Below, piece after piece: positions 1 to 8,679 of a stretch of 64,000 bases of DNA (its first letter is position 1; every line of letters starts with the position of its first letter). Below the pieces are notes generated by a model that saw only the letters and a program-made list of their open reading frames with translations, did no database searches and was not told where the DNA came from. The DNA is taken from the IMG/VR virus record IMGVR_UViG_3300029305_001653, positions 1-64,000 of that record; one strand, given 5' to 3'. The position numbers and the translations under genes were made by a program. This stretch comes from a virus. Lineage: Duplodnaviria; Caudoviricetes.

Positions 1-686
1 ATATACTAGATTTCTTATCTATGTATGATAATATCATACCAATCACTACTCCTACAGAGATTGAAGACATGTTGTTTTTACCTTATGGTATAGATCCTAC
101 GGAGTATAGTATGAAAGATAAGATAGTATTTACTCATCATGATATATATGGATCTCAGTTAGCAGGAGGTAAAACTAAAGCATTCTTCGGTATAGACCCT
201 TCGATATTTTCAGAAGCTAAGTTAGTAATGAATGGTCACGTTCATCTGAAGTCCGTAATAACTAATGATATAGTGAATGCAGGCAGTTTATTAGTGAGCC
301 AACAAGGAGAGTTAAAACCAGGAGAGTATCCATTTTATTATACTCTGGATACGCATACGTGTCACATTGCTCCTTACGAGAATACGTATTCTTTGATCTA
401 TCTTACTATTAGTGAGAATGATATCAGTACGCTTTCTAATTCTGAATATGACAAGAATCATCTAGTACTGAAAGTAGAGTATGCAGGAGATCTCCCTGAA
501 GTTGATTTCAATACATTGCATACTAGTTATCGTAAGCTAATATTAAATATCAAAGATGGTAAAGATGAGATTATCAGAGAAAATAATTTCGATTTGAAAA
601 ATTATCTTACTCAATATATAAAAGATGATATTTCTGTATCAGATAAAGAAGAATATATTTCTGTAGGTATGAGGTTGTTAGGATGA
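1..686 (+). CDS. Mre11/SbcD-like (T4 gp47-like) nuclease, C-terminal part; probably begins before the window
   Basis: FTHHDI and NGHVH..(NAGS) metallophosphoesterase motifs; overlaps the start of a Rad50-like ATPase gene. Confidence 0.75.
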   Translation, partial: ILDFLSMYDNIIPITTPTEIEDMLFLPYGIDPTEYSMKDKIVFTHHDIYGSQLAGGKTKAFFGIDPSIFSEAKLVMNGHVHLKSVITNDIVNAGSLLVSQQGELKPGEYPFYYTLDTHTCHIAPYENTYSLIYLTISENDISTLSNSEYDKNHLVLKVEYAGDLPEVDFNTLHTSYRKLILNIKDGKDEIIRENNFDLKNYLTQYIKDDISVSDKEEYISVGMRLLG

Positions 687-2401
687 TAAATTTAAAACGA
701 TTAGAGTTAGATAATTTCTTGTCCCATGTGTCTACTTCGATTGATCTTTCTTCTTATGAAGGATTAGTTCTCATAGAAGGCAAAACTCATGATGGACATT
801 ATAGTAGCAATGGTGCAGGTAAGTCCTCTATCTTAGAGGGCATCGTATACGCTTTAACAGGTGATACTCTGCGAGGAGTATCTGTAAATGATGTAGTGAA
901 TAGAAACTACAAAAAGAATACTAAGGTTTCTTTATCTTTTGACAGTAGTAGCTCTGATTATATAGTAGGTAGGTATCGCAAGGATGATAAGTTTGGAGAT
1001 TCTATCGTACTATTCAAAGATGGCGAAGATATCTCGAAGAGAGTTAATAAAGAAACTCAGAAATCTCTTGAAGATATCTTAGGCATCTCTTATAAGGTGT
1101 TAGTGAGTACTATGTTGTTAGGTGAAGGACTTTCCTCTAGATTCACTCAATTGTCTGATCCTGAAAAGAAATCTCTTATTGAGTCGACTCTTAATTTGAA
1201 TTATGATCTTAATAAGATAAGAGAGACAGCGAATGAGGAACTAAAGAAGCTAAAATTAGACTCAGCTAGAGTGCAAGGAGAAATTGGTGCAATAGAGAGT
1301 ATACTAGCTACAGATATAGATTCATTGTATGACTGTATTTATGATGAACGTCAGTGCATTGAATTGTATAAGACGACAGTTGATGATATCCAAGAGACTT
1401 ACGATAATCTGATAAAAGAGATTGAAGCTATAAATCCTAAGATTACTCTCATTACTGACTCCTTACACAAGGTAGAAGTATTGTCAAAATCTTATACAGA
1501 TATCATGTCTACTAATGCTAAGTGTCAAGAAGAAAGAGATAGAGTACTGAATACTGAGTCTCCTATATGTCATGTCTGTCATCAACCTCTCCAGTCTAAA
1601 GAATCTCTAGGATCTGTAATTGATGACTATAATAGTATGATCAAAGAGAATATAGCTTCTCTAGAGAGGATAGATGAGGAGCTGTCAAAGCTCCCTAACC
1701 ATCAATTGTTGAGCTCAAAGCTGGCTTCTCTAGAGTCTGAGAGACGATCCTTGATGTCTGATTCTAGGAATCTAATGAATGATATCAATGAATATAATGT
1801 TAAAATCGCTAGATCTGAGAAGGATATCGAGTCTATGGAAGCTACTATTAGAGCATCTCTAGATAGTAGTCAGAAGCTAGAAGAGAAGAGACAAGAAGAA
1901 AATAGGCTAGGTAAAGATATTGAGAAGTATGAATATTTCTATAAACTTTTTAGTCCTACAGGTATTATAGTTAACATTTTATCTGAGGCTGTAGAGTACA
2001 TTAATACTAGACTATCTACATACTCTGAGATACTTCTTGAAAAAGATTATAGAATTAATTTCTTAAAAGGTAAGATATCTCTAGTAGATAGTAAAGGATC
2101 TAATTATCAATCACTATCCAATGGTGAGAAGCGTAGACTAGACATTAGTATACAATTTGCTCTCCATGACTATGTGTCTATGTATTGTGGGGTAAAGATG
2201 GATACATTGTTCGTAGATGAGATACTTGATACATTAGATGATATCGGAGTAGATAATATCTTTGATGTACTAAGACTGAAGTTAGAGTATTGTGGTCTAC
2301 ACAGTATCTATGTAATTACTCACAATAATTCTTTAAAGAGCAAATTCGATCAGGTAATCACTATAGCAAAAGACTCTGATGGAAATTCAAAATTAGTTTG
2401 A
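683..2401 (+). CDS. Rad50/SbcC-like (T4 gp46-like) recombination ATPase
   Basis: Walker A SNGAGKSS, long coiled coil with CHVC zinc hook, LSNGEK signature, Walker B LFVDE, H-loop VITH. Confidence 0.93.
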   Translation: MINLKRLELDNFLSHVSTSIDLSSYEGLVLIEGKTHDGHYSSNGAGKSSILEGIVYALTGDTLRGVSVNDVVNRNYKKNTKVSLSFDSSSSDYIVGRYRKDDKFGDSIVLFKDGEDISKRVNKETQKSLEDILGISYKVLVSTMLLGEGLSSRFTQLSDPEKKSLIESTLNLNYDLNKIRETANEELKKLKLDSARVQGEIGAIESILATDIDSLYDCIYDERQCIELYKTTVDDIQETYDNLIKEIEAINPKITLITDSLHKVEVLSKSYTDIMSTNAKCQEERDRVLNTESPICHVCHQPLQSKESLGSVIDDYNSMIKENIASLERIDEELSKLPNHQLLSSKLASLESERRSLMSDSRNLMNDINEYNVKIARSEKDIESMEATIRASLDSSQKLEEKRQEENRLGKDIEKYEYFYKLFSPTGIIVNILSEAVEYINTRLSTYSEILLEKDYRINFLKGKISLVDSKGSNYQSLSNGEKRRLDISIQFALHDYVSMYCGVKMDTLFVDEILDTLDDIGVDNIFDVLRLKLEYCGLHSIYVITHNNSLKSKFDQVITIAKDSDGNSKLV

Positions 2402-2404
2402 ATA

Positions 2405-2449
2405 AAAGTAGCCTAGTATTATAGTGCAACACGTTACTACTTATGTAAG
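2405..2449 (+). promoter_or_regulatory. Class-2 repeated promoter-like element (AAAGTWGCCTA-N15-ACGTTRCT-N5-TGTAA)
   Basis: Same motif and exact 15-nt spacer at 7408 and 30181; intergenic, upstream of dUTPase. Confidence 0.6.
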
Positions 2450-2469
2450 TGTTTAGGAGGAGTAATATT

Positions 2470-3054
2470 ATGAAATTTGAAAAGGTATCACAGGCTCAAT
2501 ATCTCAAAGATTGTCAAGAAGATACATATTATACTGCAGGTAATAGTAATTTTCATACTATGAAAGATTTTTTAGGGTCAAGAGGTGTCATACTTTCAGG
2601 GAGATTTGAGTCTCTGAAATTAGATGGAGGATTAGAAAAAACTTATACTGATATAAAGCTACCTGAAAGATCTACAAAGAAGTCTGCAGGTTATGACTTT
2701 CATGCTCCTTATGATATAGTGCTGTATCCAGGAGATACTATAAAAGTAGCTACAGGTATCAGAGTATTACTAGATGATGATAAATTCTTGATGTGTGCTC
2801 CTAGGAGTGGTCACGGATTTAAGTCCAGGATACAGTTAGATAATACTGTAGGGATAATAGATGCAGACTATTCAGACTCTAGTAATGAAGGTCATATCCA
2901 TGTAAAACTGACTAATGATAGTCGTAGAGGAGATATCCTTCGTATTAAAAAAGGAGATAAAATGTTACAAGCTATCATAATGAAATATTATACTGTAGAC
3001 GATGACAGTGTAGAAACTCTCCGTAATGGAGGATTCGGGAGTACTGACGAGTAG
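2470..3054 (+). CDS. dut: Trimeric dUTPase
   Basis: Motifs SAGYD, PRSG, GIIDADY, RNGGFGST; start reassigned to ATG 2470 after GGAGG. Confidence 0.95.
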   Translation: MKFEKVSQAQYLKDCQEDTYYTAGNSNFHTMKDFLGSRGVILSGRFESLKLDGGLEKTYTDIKLPERSTKKSAGYDFHAPYDIVLYPGDTIKVATGIRVLLDDDKFLMCAPRSGHGFKSRIQLDNTVGIIDADYSDSSNEGHIHVKLTNDSRRGDILRIKKGDKMLQAIIMKYYTVDDDSVETLRNGGFGSTDE

Positions 3055-3081
3055 TTCTATTAAAGAAAGGAGATATCTAAT

Positions 3082-3453
3082 ATGAACAGAGAACAGAGAA
3101 GAAATATTAGTGGAGGGAATAAGAAGATTGATGATAATCTTAAATATTTAGATAGTCCTGTAACTATAACTGAAGCAGTTCAGATAGCTAGAGGTGTAGC
3201 AGAGGATGTAGTTAATGACTATCATAGGAGTGCAGGAACTGTCCAAGTAGCTTTCTCGTTACAATTAGAAGTAATAAAAGAGCTACTCATATCTTCAGGT
3301 ATGATTAGTGAAGATGACTTCAGAGCAAAGTATATCCAGCAGACTGAAGTATATCAGAAGATGCAAGAAGAGATCTTGAGTAAAGATATCAGAGAGAGCA
3401 ATGTACCTAAGATGGAAGTAAGACCTGGTAATATAGGAGTAGAGGTAGTTTAA
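3082..3453 (+). CDS. Hypothetical protein
   Basis: ORF with AAGGAG RBS. Confidence 0.7.
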   Translation: MNREQRRNISGGNKKIDDNLKYLDSPVTITEAVQIARGVAEDVVNDYHRSAGTVQVAFSLQLEVIKELLISSGMISEDDFRAKYIQQTEVYQKMQEEILSKDIRESNVPKMEVRPGNIGVEVV

Positions 3454-3463
3454 GGAGATTATC

Positions 3464-4531
3464 ATGGATATTAAACTGTACAGTAACAAACGATATTATA
3501 CATTAAATGCATCTGAGTATGTAGATATTTTTAAAGGATATACTAGTGGAGGCTACGAAGTTGATGTATCAGTACTGAATCGTCTATCTAAAGATCTAGG
3601 AGTACCTTATGATCTATATCAGACAGTATTCCGTATAAATGAAGACTCTGCATCTGCTATGATCGAATATCTCTCTTTGAAGAATAAGCATCCGAAGGTA
3701 GTACTCCTCCTAGATGATGAGGAGATGAAAGTATTAGACTATTCACTAGATTATGAAAGAACTCCAGTATTGAATGCAGACTTCATAGATAAAGTACAGA
3801 GTTTAGCTAGTACTAGTAGTGATGTAGTAGTATCTGAAGTATACTATCATAAGAGTGATAAGGTCGCTTCTATCATTCTAAAGAAGAAGCAGCCTATTAC
3901 TGTAGAGGAGAAGTATGAGAATAAAGCTTCTAAGTTTACAGACTATGACATAGGTATTCTACTAGTGAATGATGAAACTAATTCAGTGTATACTAGATTA
4001 GTCTGCTATGTGGAAGGACAGCCTTTGTACCTCCCTGCTTCTTATTACAACTCTACATCTACTCGTTATAAGAGATCAACTTCTTCTTCTTTAGAAGCTT
4101 TAGAAGTACTAGTATTAAAGATTATAGATGACATAAGAGATAATGATCTTGTGAGGAAAGTACAAGAGCTGCATTATAAGTATAGAGTGAATAAGGACAC
4201 TCTAGTCACTTATGAAGAATATAACTCCTTAGTTAAGTCTATGAGGAAGATACCTACTATCATAGAAGATAATAGTTTATTAAATGAGATACTTGTACAG
4301 TATGAAGATTTTGAGAATAGATATATCAATATAGAAGATCAGAAGTCATCTTACATCTGGAGATGTACTGCTATAGGTGCTATGACTATAGGTGCTCTCC
4401 TCTCTATTACTTCCAAAGTTCTGAGTGATATCTCTGCTCCAGCTAATGAGTACTATAGTGTAAGAGAACTATTAGGTTCTTACTTAAGTACTGATCGTAT
4501 AGTAGAAGAGATAGCAAAAGAGTCTTATTAG
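3464..4531 (+). CDS. Hypothetical protein
   Basis: 355-aa ORF with RBS, operon context. Confidence 0.75.
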   Translation: MDIKLYSNKRYYTLNASEYVDIFKGYTSGGYEVDVSVLNRLSKDLGVPYDLYQTVFRINEDSASAMIEYLSLKNKHPKVVLLLDDEEMKVLDYSLDYERTPVLNADFIDKVQSLASTSSDVVVSEVYYHKSDKVASIILKKKQPITVEEKYENKASKFTDYDIGILLVNDETNSVYTRLVCYVEGQPLYLPASYYNSTSTRYKRSTSSSLEALEVLVLKIIDDIRDNDLVRKVQELHYKYRVNKDTLVTYEEYNSLVKSMRKIPTIIEDNSLLNEILVQYEDFENRYINIEDQKSSYIWRCTAIGAMTIGALLSITSKVLSDISAPANEYYSVRELLGSYLSTDRIVEEIAKESY

Positions 4532-4550
4532 TAAGGAGGTATTACGTCTT

Positions 4551-5558
4551 ATGGAGCTTTCTTCCTATGATATTTATCTACGTAAGACATGTGATCCTGA
4601 AGAAATAACGAGATTGAGTAATATAGTTTTCGTAGAAGGTCATCTAGATAGACTAGATGATCTCTTGATTTCAATACTCCCTTTAGCAAACATCATATAT
4701 TATAGATATATCAAGTATCTAGACGATAGAGAGTATGCTAAAGAAGATCTCATATCTGATGCAATATTAAGACTCTATCAAGATATGTACCTTAGGTGGG
4801 ATAAATATATACATATAGAATATTATTATGACTATTTCAGTAGAGTGCTGAGAAATGGAATGGTCAGTATGGTACATGGTTACCATAATTATTACATGAT
4901 GGACGATATCGATCCTGAGAATGTAATATATGATGGTATTGTAGATAATACTTATGATGAGATAGAGTCTAGTTTGTTGAAAGCTTCTATCAATAAATCG
5001 ATCATAGCTACAGCAGAGAGGATATTAAAGTGTAGAAGAGTTAATACTAATCTACTATTAAATATCTTGAAGTTAAAATATGTAGAGAAGTCAGGCTTAG
5101 ATAATCTACGTTCCAGAGTTAAAGTATTAGGTATATCAGGGACATTATTCAATTTCTATTGTGAACATGTAGAGTATGTATACAGACTTTCATATAATTA
5201 CCAGTACGCTATACTAGGAGGTAAAGATAAGATGAGTTCTAGAATTTCTAGTGTTATTGATAGATTTGAAGATACAACTTATCGTACATTATCTATTAAT
5301 TATTATGATAGTATCATACCAGAGATATATGCAGAGTTCGGAGCAGAGTTTGCGAAAAAGTTTGTTAAGACTTTCAGTGGGAGAACAGTAGAAGTACCTA
5401 ATTATAGGAATTTCTGCGATGATCTCTTAGGAGGAGTTGTAGTATCTTTAGCTGGAGGAGACAAATCTAATCTATATAGAGTGGCAGAAGAACATAATAT
5501 TCCTTATAAAACTCTTTCGAGGATATATAATAAAGCTACTAAGTTAGGTGATAAATGA
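4551..5558 (+). CDS. Putative transcription regulator: sigma70 region-2-like N-terminus plus Mor-like activator/HTH C-terminus
   Basis: EDLISDAILRLY..W..YFSRVLRNGM resembles sigma region 2; EIYAEFGAEFAKKFVKTFSGRTVEVP resembles the Mor dimerisation motif; C-terminal HTH-like NLYRVAEEHNIPYKTLSRI. Confidence 0.5.
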   Translation: MELSSYDIYLRKTCDPEEITRLSNIVFVEGHLDRLDDLLISILPLANIIYYRYIKYLDDREYAKEDLISDAILRLYQDMYLRWDKYIHIEYYYDYFSRVLRNGMVSMVHGYHNYYMMDDIDPENVIYDGIVDNTYDEIESSLLKASINKSIIATAERILKCRRVNTNLLLNILKLKYVEKSGLDNLRSRVKVLGISGTLFNFYCEHVEYVYRLSYNYQYAILGGKDKMSSRISSVIDRFEDTTYRTLSINYYDSIIPEIYAEFGAEFAKKFVKTFSGRTVEVPNYRNFCDDLLGGVVVSLAGGDKSNLYRVAEEHNIPYKTLSRIYNKATKLGDK

Positions 5559-6261
5559 GAGGAGAGATATAGTTGTGTCTGTAATACCTAGTCAGTGTAA
5601 GTTGTGTACTAATTTTAATATTGATGAGAGTCTATGTAGGATCCACGAGCAGCTCCCTGGAGAGTACGGGAGAGAAAATGTGAAAGACTGTCCTTCCTTT
5701 CTAGAGAAAGGTACTAAAGATGAAGATGACTTAAGATTATTACTACAGTATGTAGATGAAGATCCTGACTCTCTGATAGAAGAAAGTATATCTAAAGCTG
5801 TAGAAAAGATACTTGTAGATTATGAGAGCAAGTATAAAGTCCTCATAGTAGGTATTGCTCGAAGGAAGATCAAGTCTATAATAAAGATGGTAGATATAGT
5901 AGATAGTGTACTAGATAGATTAGGACAAGAGAGTAGTTTAGCTACTATGACATCTTCCCAGTCTATTAGACTACTATCAGAGTTGAATCATTCTATGAAT
6001 AACGATTTAGCATTCATAATGAAATTGATTAATCCTGATACTAAATTAGCAGAGCTGCAGATGTGGATTGATGCAAGATCAGTTAACTTAACTACAGGAT
6101 CTTCTGCTGCTACGGACATGAAAGCAGAAGAGATATTGAAAGTTTCAGGAGCTTCTAGAGATAAGATAAGAGATGCTTTCGATGCATTACTACATCAGAT
6201 CAGTGGCGAGGATGATTTAATAGAAGTAGTAGAGCAGGAGATAGAGGAAGATGAAAGATAA
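5548..6261 (+). CDS. Hypothetical protein with Cys/His-rich N-terminus
   Basis: ORF; CKLC..C.IH..C pattern. Confidence 0.65.
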   Translation: MINERRDIVVSVIPSQCKLCTNFNIDESLCRIHEQLPGEYGRENVKDCPSFLEKGTKDEDDLRLLLQYVDEDPDSLIEESISKAVEKILVDYESKYKVLIVGIARRKIKSIIKMVDIVDSVLDRLGQESSLATMTSSQSIRLLSELNHSMNNDLAFIMKLINPDTKLAELQMWIDARSVNLTTGSSAATDMKAEEILKVSGASRDKIRDAFDALLHQISGEDDLIEVVEQEIEEDER

Positions 6262-6565
6262 TCAATTAGTAGATAAACTCATGCAGAGTCCTAAAGTGAG
6301 AAGATTAGGATTGAAGAAAGACTCTGTACTAGATATCTTGAAAACTTATAATGATATTGCTTTTGATGCACTGTTAGAACAAGGTCATTTAGAGGTAGGT
6401 AATGGTATGATCTTAGAAATAGTACAGTTATTAGATAGAGTACATGTACTAAGAGGAGTACCTTACAAAAGTAGTAGAAAGTATAAGATTAAGTTAACTA
6501 TGGAACAAAGTGTCTATGAAGCTATAGAAAATTATTATGATACTTTGCAGGAGGAGATATTATGA
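6251..6565 (+). CDS. Divergent HU/IHF-like DNA-binding protein
   Basis: ~100 aa; two helices, then a 'DALLEQGHLEVGNG..LEIV' strand pattern and basic arm typical of the HU fold. Confidence 0.5.
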   Translation: MKDNQLVDKLMQSPKVRRLGLKKDSVLDILKTYNDIAFDALLEQGHLEVGNGMILEIVQLLDRVHVLRGVPYKSSRKYKIKLTMEQSVYEAIENYYDTLQEEIL

Positions 6566-6777
6566 GTAAGCTTCCTCTAGAGATATTGAAGGAAAAATAT
6601 ATACCTGTAGAAGAATTCCCTGATAAATATAACGTCAGTGTAGCTAGAGTTATGAGAATAGTACGTACTTATAAGATTAGATATACTGAGTTCAAAGCTC
6701 CAGGTGCTAATAGAAGATCTATGCATGTTAATCCTGAAGATATCCTTCCTATAATTGAAAGGGAGGATAATGCGTGA
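6562..6777 (+). CDS. Small HTH-like protein
   Basis: IPVEEFPDKYNVSVARVMRIVR resembles an excisionase-type HTH. Confidence 0.45.
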   Translation: MSKLPLEILKEKYIPVEEFPDKYNVSVARVMRIVRTYKIRYTEFKAPGANRRSMHVNPEDILPIIEREDNA

Positions 6778-7340
6778 GTCTGATCATAGCTTGTGATTTA
6801 TCTCTAAATTCTACTGGAGTCTGTATAATAGATGTCGAGAAAGGTAGTCCTGTTCACTATGAGAATATATCTTCAGATCTAGAAGGTATTGAAAGATTGA
6901 ATTATAACTACAATAGATATATAAATCTACTATCCTCTTATAGAGATATATCTTACATAGCTTACGAGGCACAGAATGCTCAGATGAGATTCTCTTATAA
7001 TGCAGGTAGTATTCTTTCTTTAGCAGAGAACATAGGTGTATTTAAATTAGCTATTTACCATAGCTTACCTTATTTTGTTTCTGCTCCTGTAGTATTAGGG
7101 ATACCTGCTCAAGATATTAAGAAGTATGCTACAGATAATGGGAAAGCTACTAAGGAAGAAATGATAGCTGCTGTGAATGGAAATCATATCAAGTCTATCA
7201 GGAGAGATATTCCTGAGAAATCAGTCAATGATGTAGCAGATGCTTACCATCTGTCTAAAATGGTTAGAGATATAGTAGTGAATGAAAAAGATTACTCTAA
7301 TTATCTGTTGAAAAATTTTCAATTACAAGGAATTTCTTAG
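6774..7340 (+). CDS. RuvC-like Holliday junction resolvase
   Basis: IIACDLSLNSTGVC, YIAYE, IKKYATDNGKATKEEM, NDVADAY motifs. Confidence 0.85.
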   Translation: MSLIIACDLSLNSTGVCIIDVEKGSPVHYENISSDLEGIERLNYNYNRYINLLSSYRDISYIAYEAQNAQMRFSYNAGSILSLAENIGVFKLAIYHSLPYFVSAPVVLGIPAQDIKKYATDNGKATKEEMIAAVNGNHIKSIRRDIPEKSVNDVADAYHLSKMVRDIVVNEKDYSNYLLKNFQLQGIS

Positions 7341-7379
7341 AGGGAATCTAGTAATTCTTACGTATTATGATAATGTAAG
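7341..7379 (+). promoter_or_regulatory. Class-1 (sigma-H-like) phage promoter, copy 1
   Basis: AGGGAAT-N12-ACGTATTATGATAATGTAAG, upstream of the tRNA island. Confidence 0.8.
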
Positions 7380-7407
7380 GGTAAATTTTGACAAAAGTTT
7401 TTTTAAA

Positions 7408-7451
7408 AAAGTTGCCTAACATGATATCTTGCCACGTTACTTATTATGTAA
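7408..7451 (+). promoter_or_regulatory. Class-2 promoter-like element, copy 2
   Basis: AAAGTTGCCTA-N15-ACGTTACTTATTATGTAA. Confidence 0.6.
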
Positions 7452-7618
7452 TCGGAAAGTAAATAGGCTGATTAGTCCACCTAGAGTGTGACAAGTGAGT
7501 TCATAGCTCATAATCAGCAATAGCACCTCCGTTCCTTTTTAAAATACCATATCGGACAGCTCGTAAAAGTCTGACTGTATGCCGTCGCAGCTCCTGTGCA
7601 ATTCAGGTTGAGCATTAT

Positions 7619-7692
7619 GCGGATGTAGTTTAATGGTAAAACCTCAGCCTTCCAAGCTGATGTCGTGGGTTCGATCCCCATCATCCGCTCCA
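7619..7692 (+). tRNA. tRNA-Gly(TCC)
   Basis: Cloverleaf, anticodon arm TCAGC-CTTCCAA-GCTGA, GGTTCGATCC, CCA end. Confidence 0.95.
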
Positions 7693-7695
7693 ACC

Positions 7696-7817
7696 ACTCA
7701 CTTGATTTAGTCACTAGGAGAGTGAGTCTCGTTGCGTGAAGACTAACACGATGAACGAGGGTGTAAGCTAAGATTCGTACTTACAACGAGCAGGTACCAG
7801 TAGTCAAATCCTGCTCA
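7696..7817 (+). ncRNA. Unassigned four-hairpin structured RNA candidate
   Basis: Consecutive stems ACTCACT/AGTGAGT, CTCGTT/AACGAG, TGTAAG/CTTACA, GAGCAGG/CCTGCTC. Confidence 0.4.
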
Positions 7818-7822
7818 CATAT

Positions 7823-7999
7823 GGTGAGTATAGCTCAGTCGGTAGAGCGAGAGAATGCCTCTGTCACATTGATGATACTGTGCCGTTGGGAGATGATCTT
7901 CAATAGCTAAAGCAAGAGTCTAATCAACTCTTAAGAGATCTCTAGTAAGATTATTGGGAGATGTCACAGGCGTAGGTTCAAGTCCTACTACTCACCTCA
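7823..7999 (+). ncRNA. tRNA-like RNA (His-type G-1:C73 acceptor) with ~120 nt replacing the anticodon and variable arms
   Basis: GGTGAGTA/TACTCACC acceptor, D arm GCTC-AGTCGGTA-GAGC, T arm GTAGG-TTCAAGT-CCTAC, no canonical anticodon arm. Confidence 0.7.
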
Positions 8000-8004
8000 A
8001 ATAT

Positions 8005-8087
8005 GCTCCTGTGGTGAAATTGGCAAACACGATGGATTTAGGTTCCATTGCGAAAGCTTGCAGGTTCAAGTCCTGTCAGGAGCACCA
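8005..8087 (+). tRNA. tRNA-Leu(TAG)
   Basis: ATGGA-TTTAGGT-TCCAT anticodon arm, long variable arm, CCA. Confidence 0.93.
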
Positions 8088-8126
8088 TTCTCTAAGTAAT
8101 TAAATTTAACTAAAAGGAGTGTTAAT

Positions 8127-8510
8127 ATGTCTTGTAAGAATGTAACCACGAACAAGTCTTCAGCAACTATCTTGAGTGAAGTATACGATATCCTAGATGA
8201 TTTAGGAGTTCCTCAGAACTTATCAGGATATAAGTATCTAGGTGTAGGAATTTCCATTATGGTGAATAGTTCTCCTAGATCATTATCATTCACTAAGGAA
8301 CTCTATCCTCTAATAGCAAAGTCTTGTGAGACTACACCTTCTAGAGTAGAAAGAGCTATCAGACATGCAGTAGATACCATATTCTACTTCAGAGATATTG
8401 ATATCTTGTATAAGTATTTTAAGAATTCTGTAGATCCTGATAAAGGAAAGCCTTCGAATTCTCAGTTCATGTGTACTATAACTAATTATATCCTTAGAAA
8501 TCGTGATTAA
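8127..8510 (+). CDS. Spo0A C-terminal DNA-binding (effector) domain protein lacking the receiver domain
   Basis: LGVPQNLSGYKYL, TKELYPLIAK, TTPSRVERAIRHAV and KPSNSQF closely match the Spo0A C-terminal domain. Confidence 0.93.
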   Translation: MSCKNVTTNKSSATILSEVYDILDDLGVPQNLSGYKYLGVGISIMVNSSPRSLSFTKELYPLIAKSCETTPSRVERAIRHAVDTIFYFRDIDILYKYFKNSVDPDKGKPSNSQFMCTITNYILRNRD

Positions 8511-8516
8511 TACTAT

Positions 8517-8592
8517 TCCTCCTTAGCTCAGTCGGTAGAGCATGCGGCTGTTAACCGCAGGGTCGTTGGTTCGAGTCCAACAGGAGGAGCCA
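8517..8592 (+). tRNA. tRNA-Asn(GTT)
   Basis: TGCGG-CTGTTAA-CCGCA anticodon arm, canonical D and T arms, CCA. Confidence 0.95.
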
Positions 8593-8595
8593 CTT

Positions 8596-8666
8596 GATCT
8601 ATTAGCTCAGTCGGTAAGAGTGCCTCACCTGGTAGGAGGTCCCAAGTTCGAGTCTTGGATAGGTCA
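8596..8666 (+). ncRNA. tRNA-like RNA or pseudo-tRNA with a shortened anticodon arm
   Basis: GATCTAT/ATAGGTC acceptor, intact D and T arms, 14-nt CCTCACCTGGTAGG in place of the 17-nt anticodon arm; no encoded CCA. Confidence 0.65.
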
Positions 8667-8679
8667 TTCTAATTACTAA

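Noticed and set aside
5548-6261. Terminase small subunit call
   Set aside because: Helical and of plausible size, but no recognisable motif and far from terL; left as hypothetical
7514-7714. Minus-strand 66-aa ORF
   Set aside because: Antisense shadow of tRNA-Gly (GIEPTTSAWKA is the typical reverse-tRNA translation)
7823-7999. tmRNA or group I intron-containing tRNA
   Set aside because: No G3:U70 Ala acceptor, has a full D stem, too short for tmRNA or a group I intron, and exon flanks do not rebuild an anticodon stem
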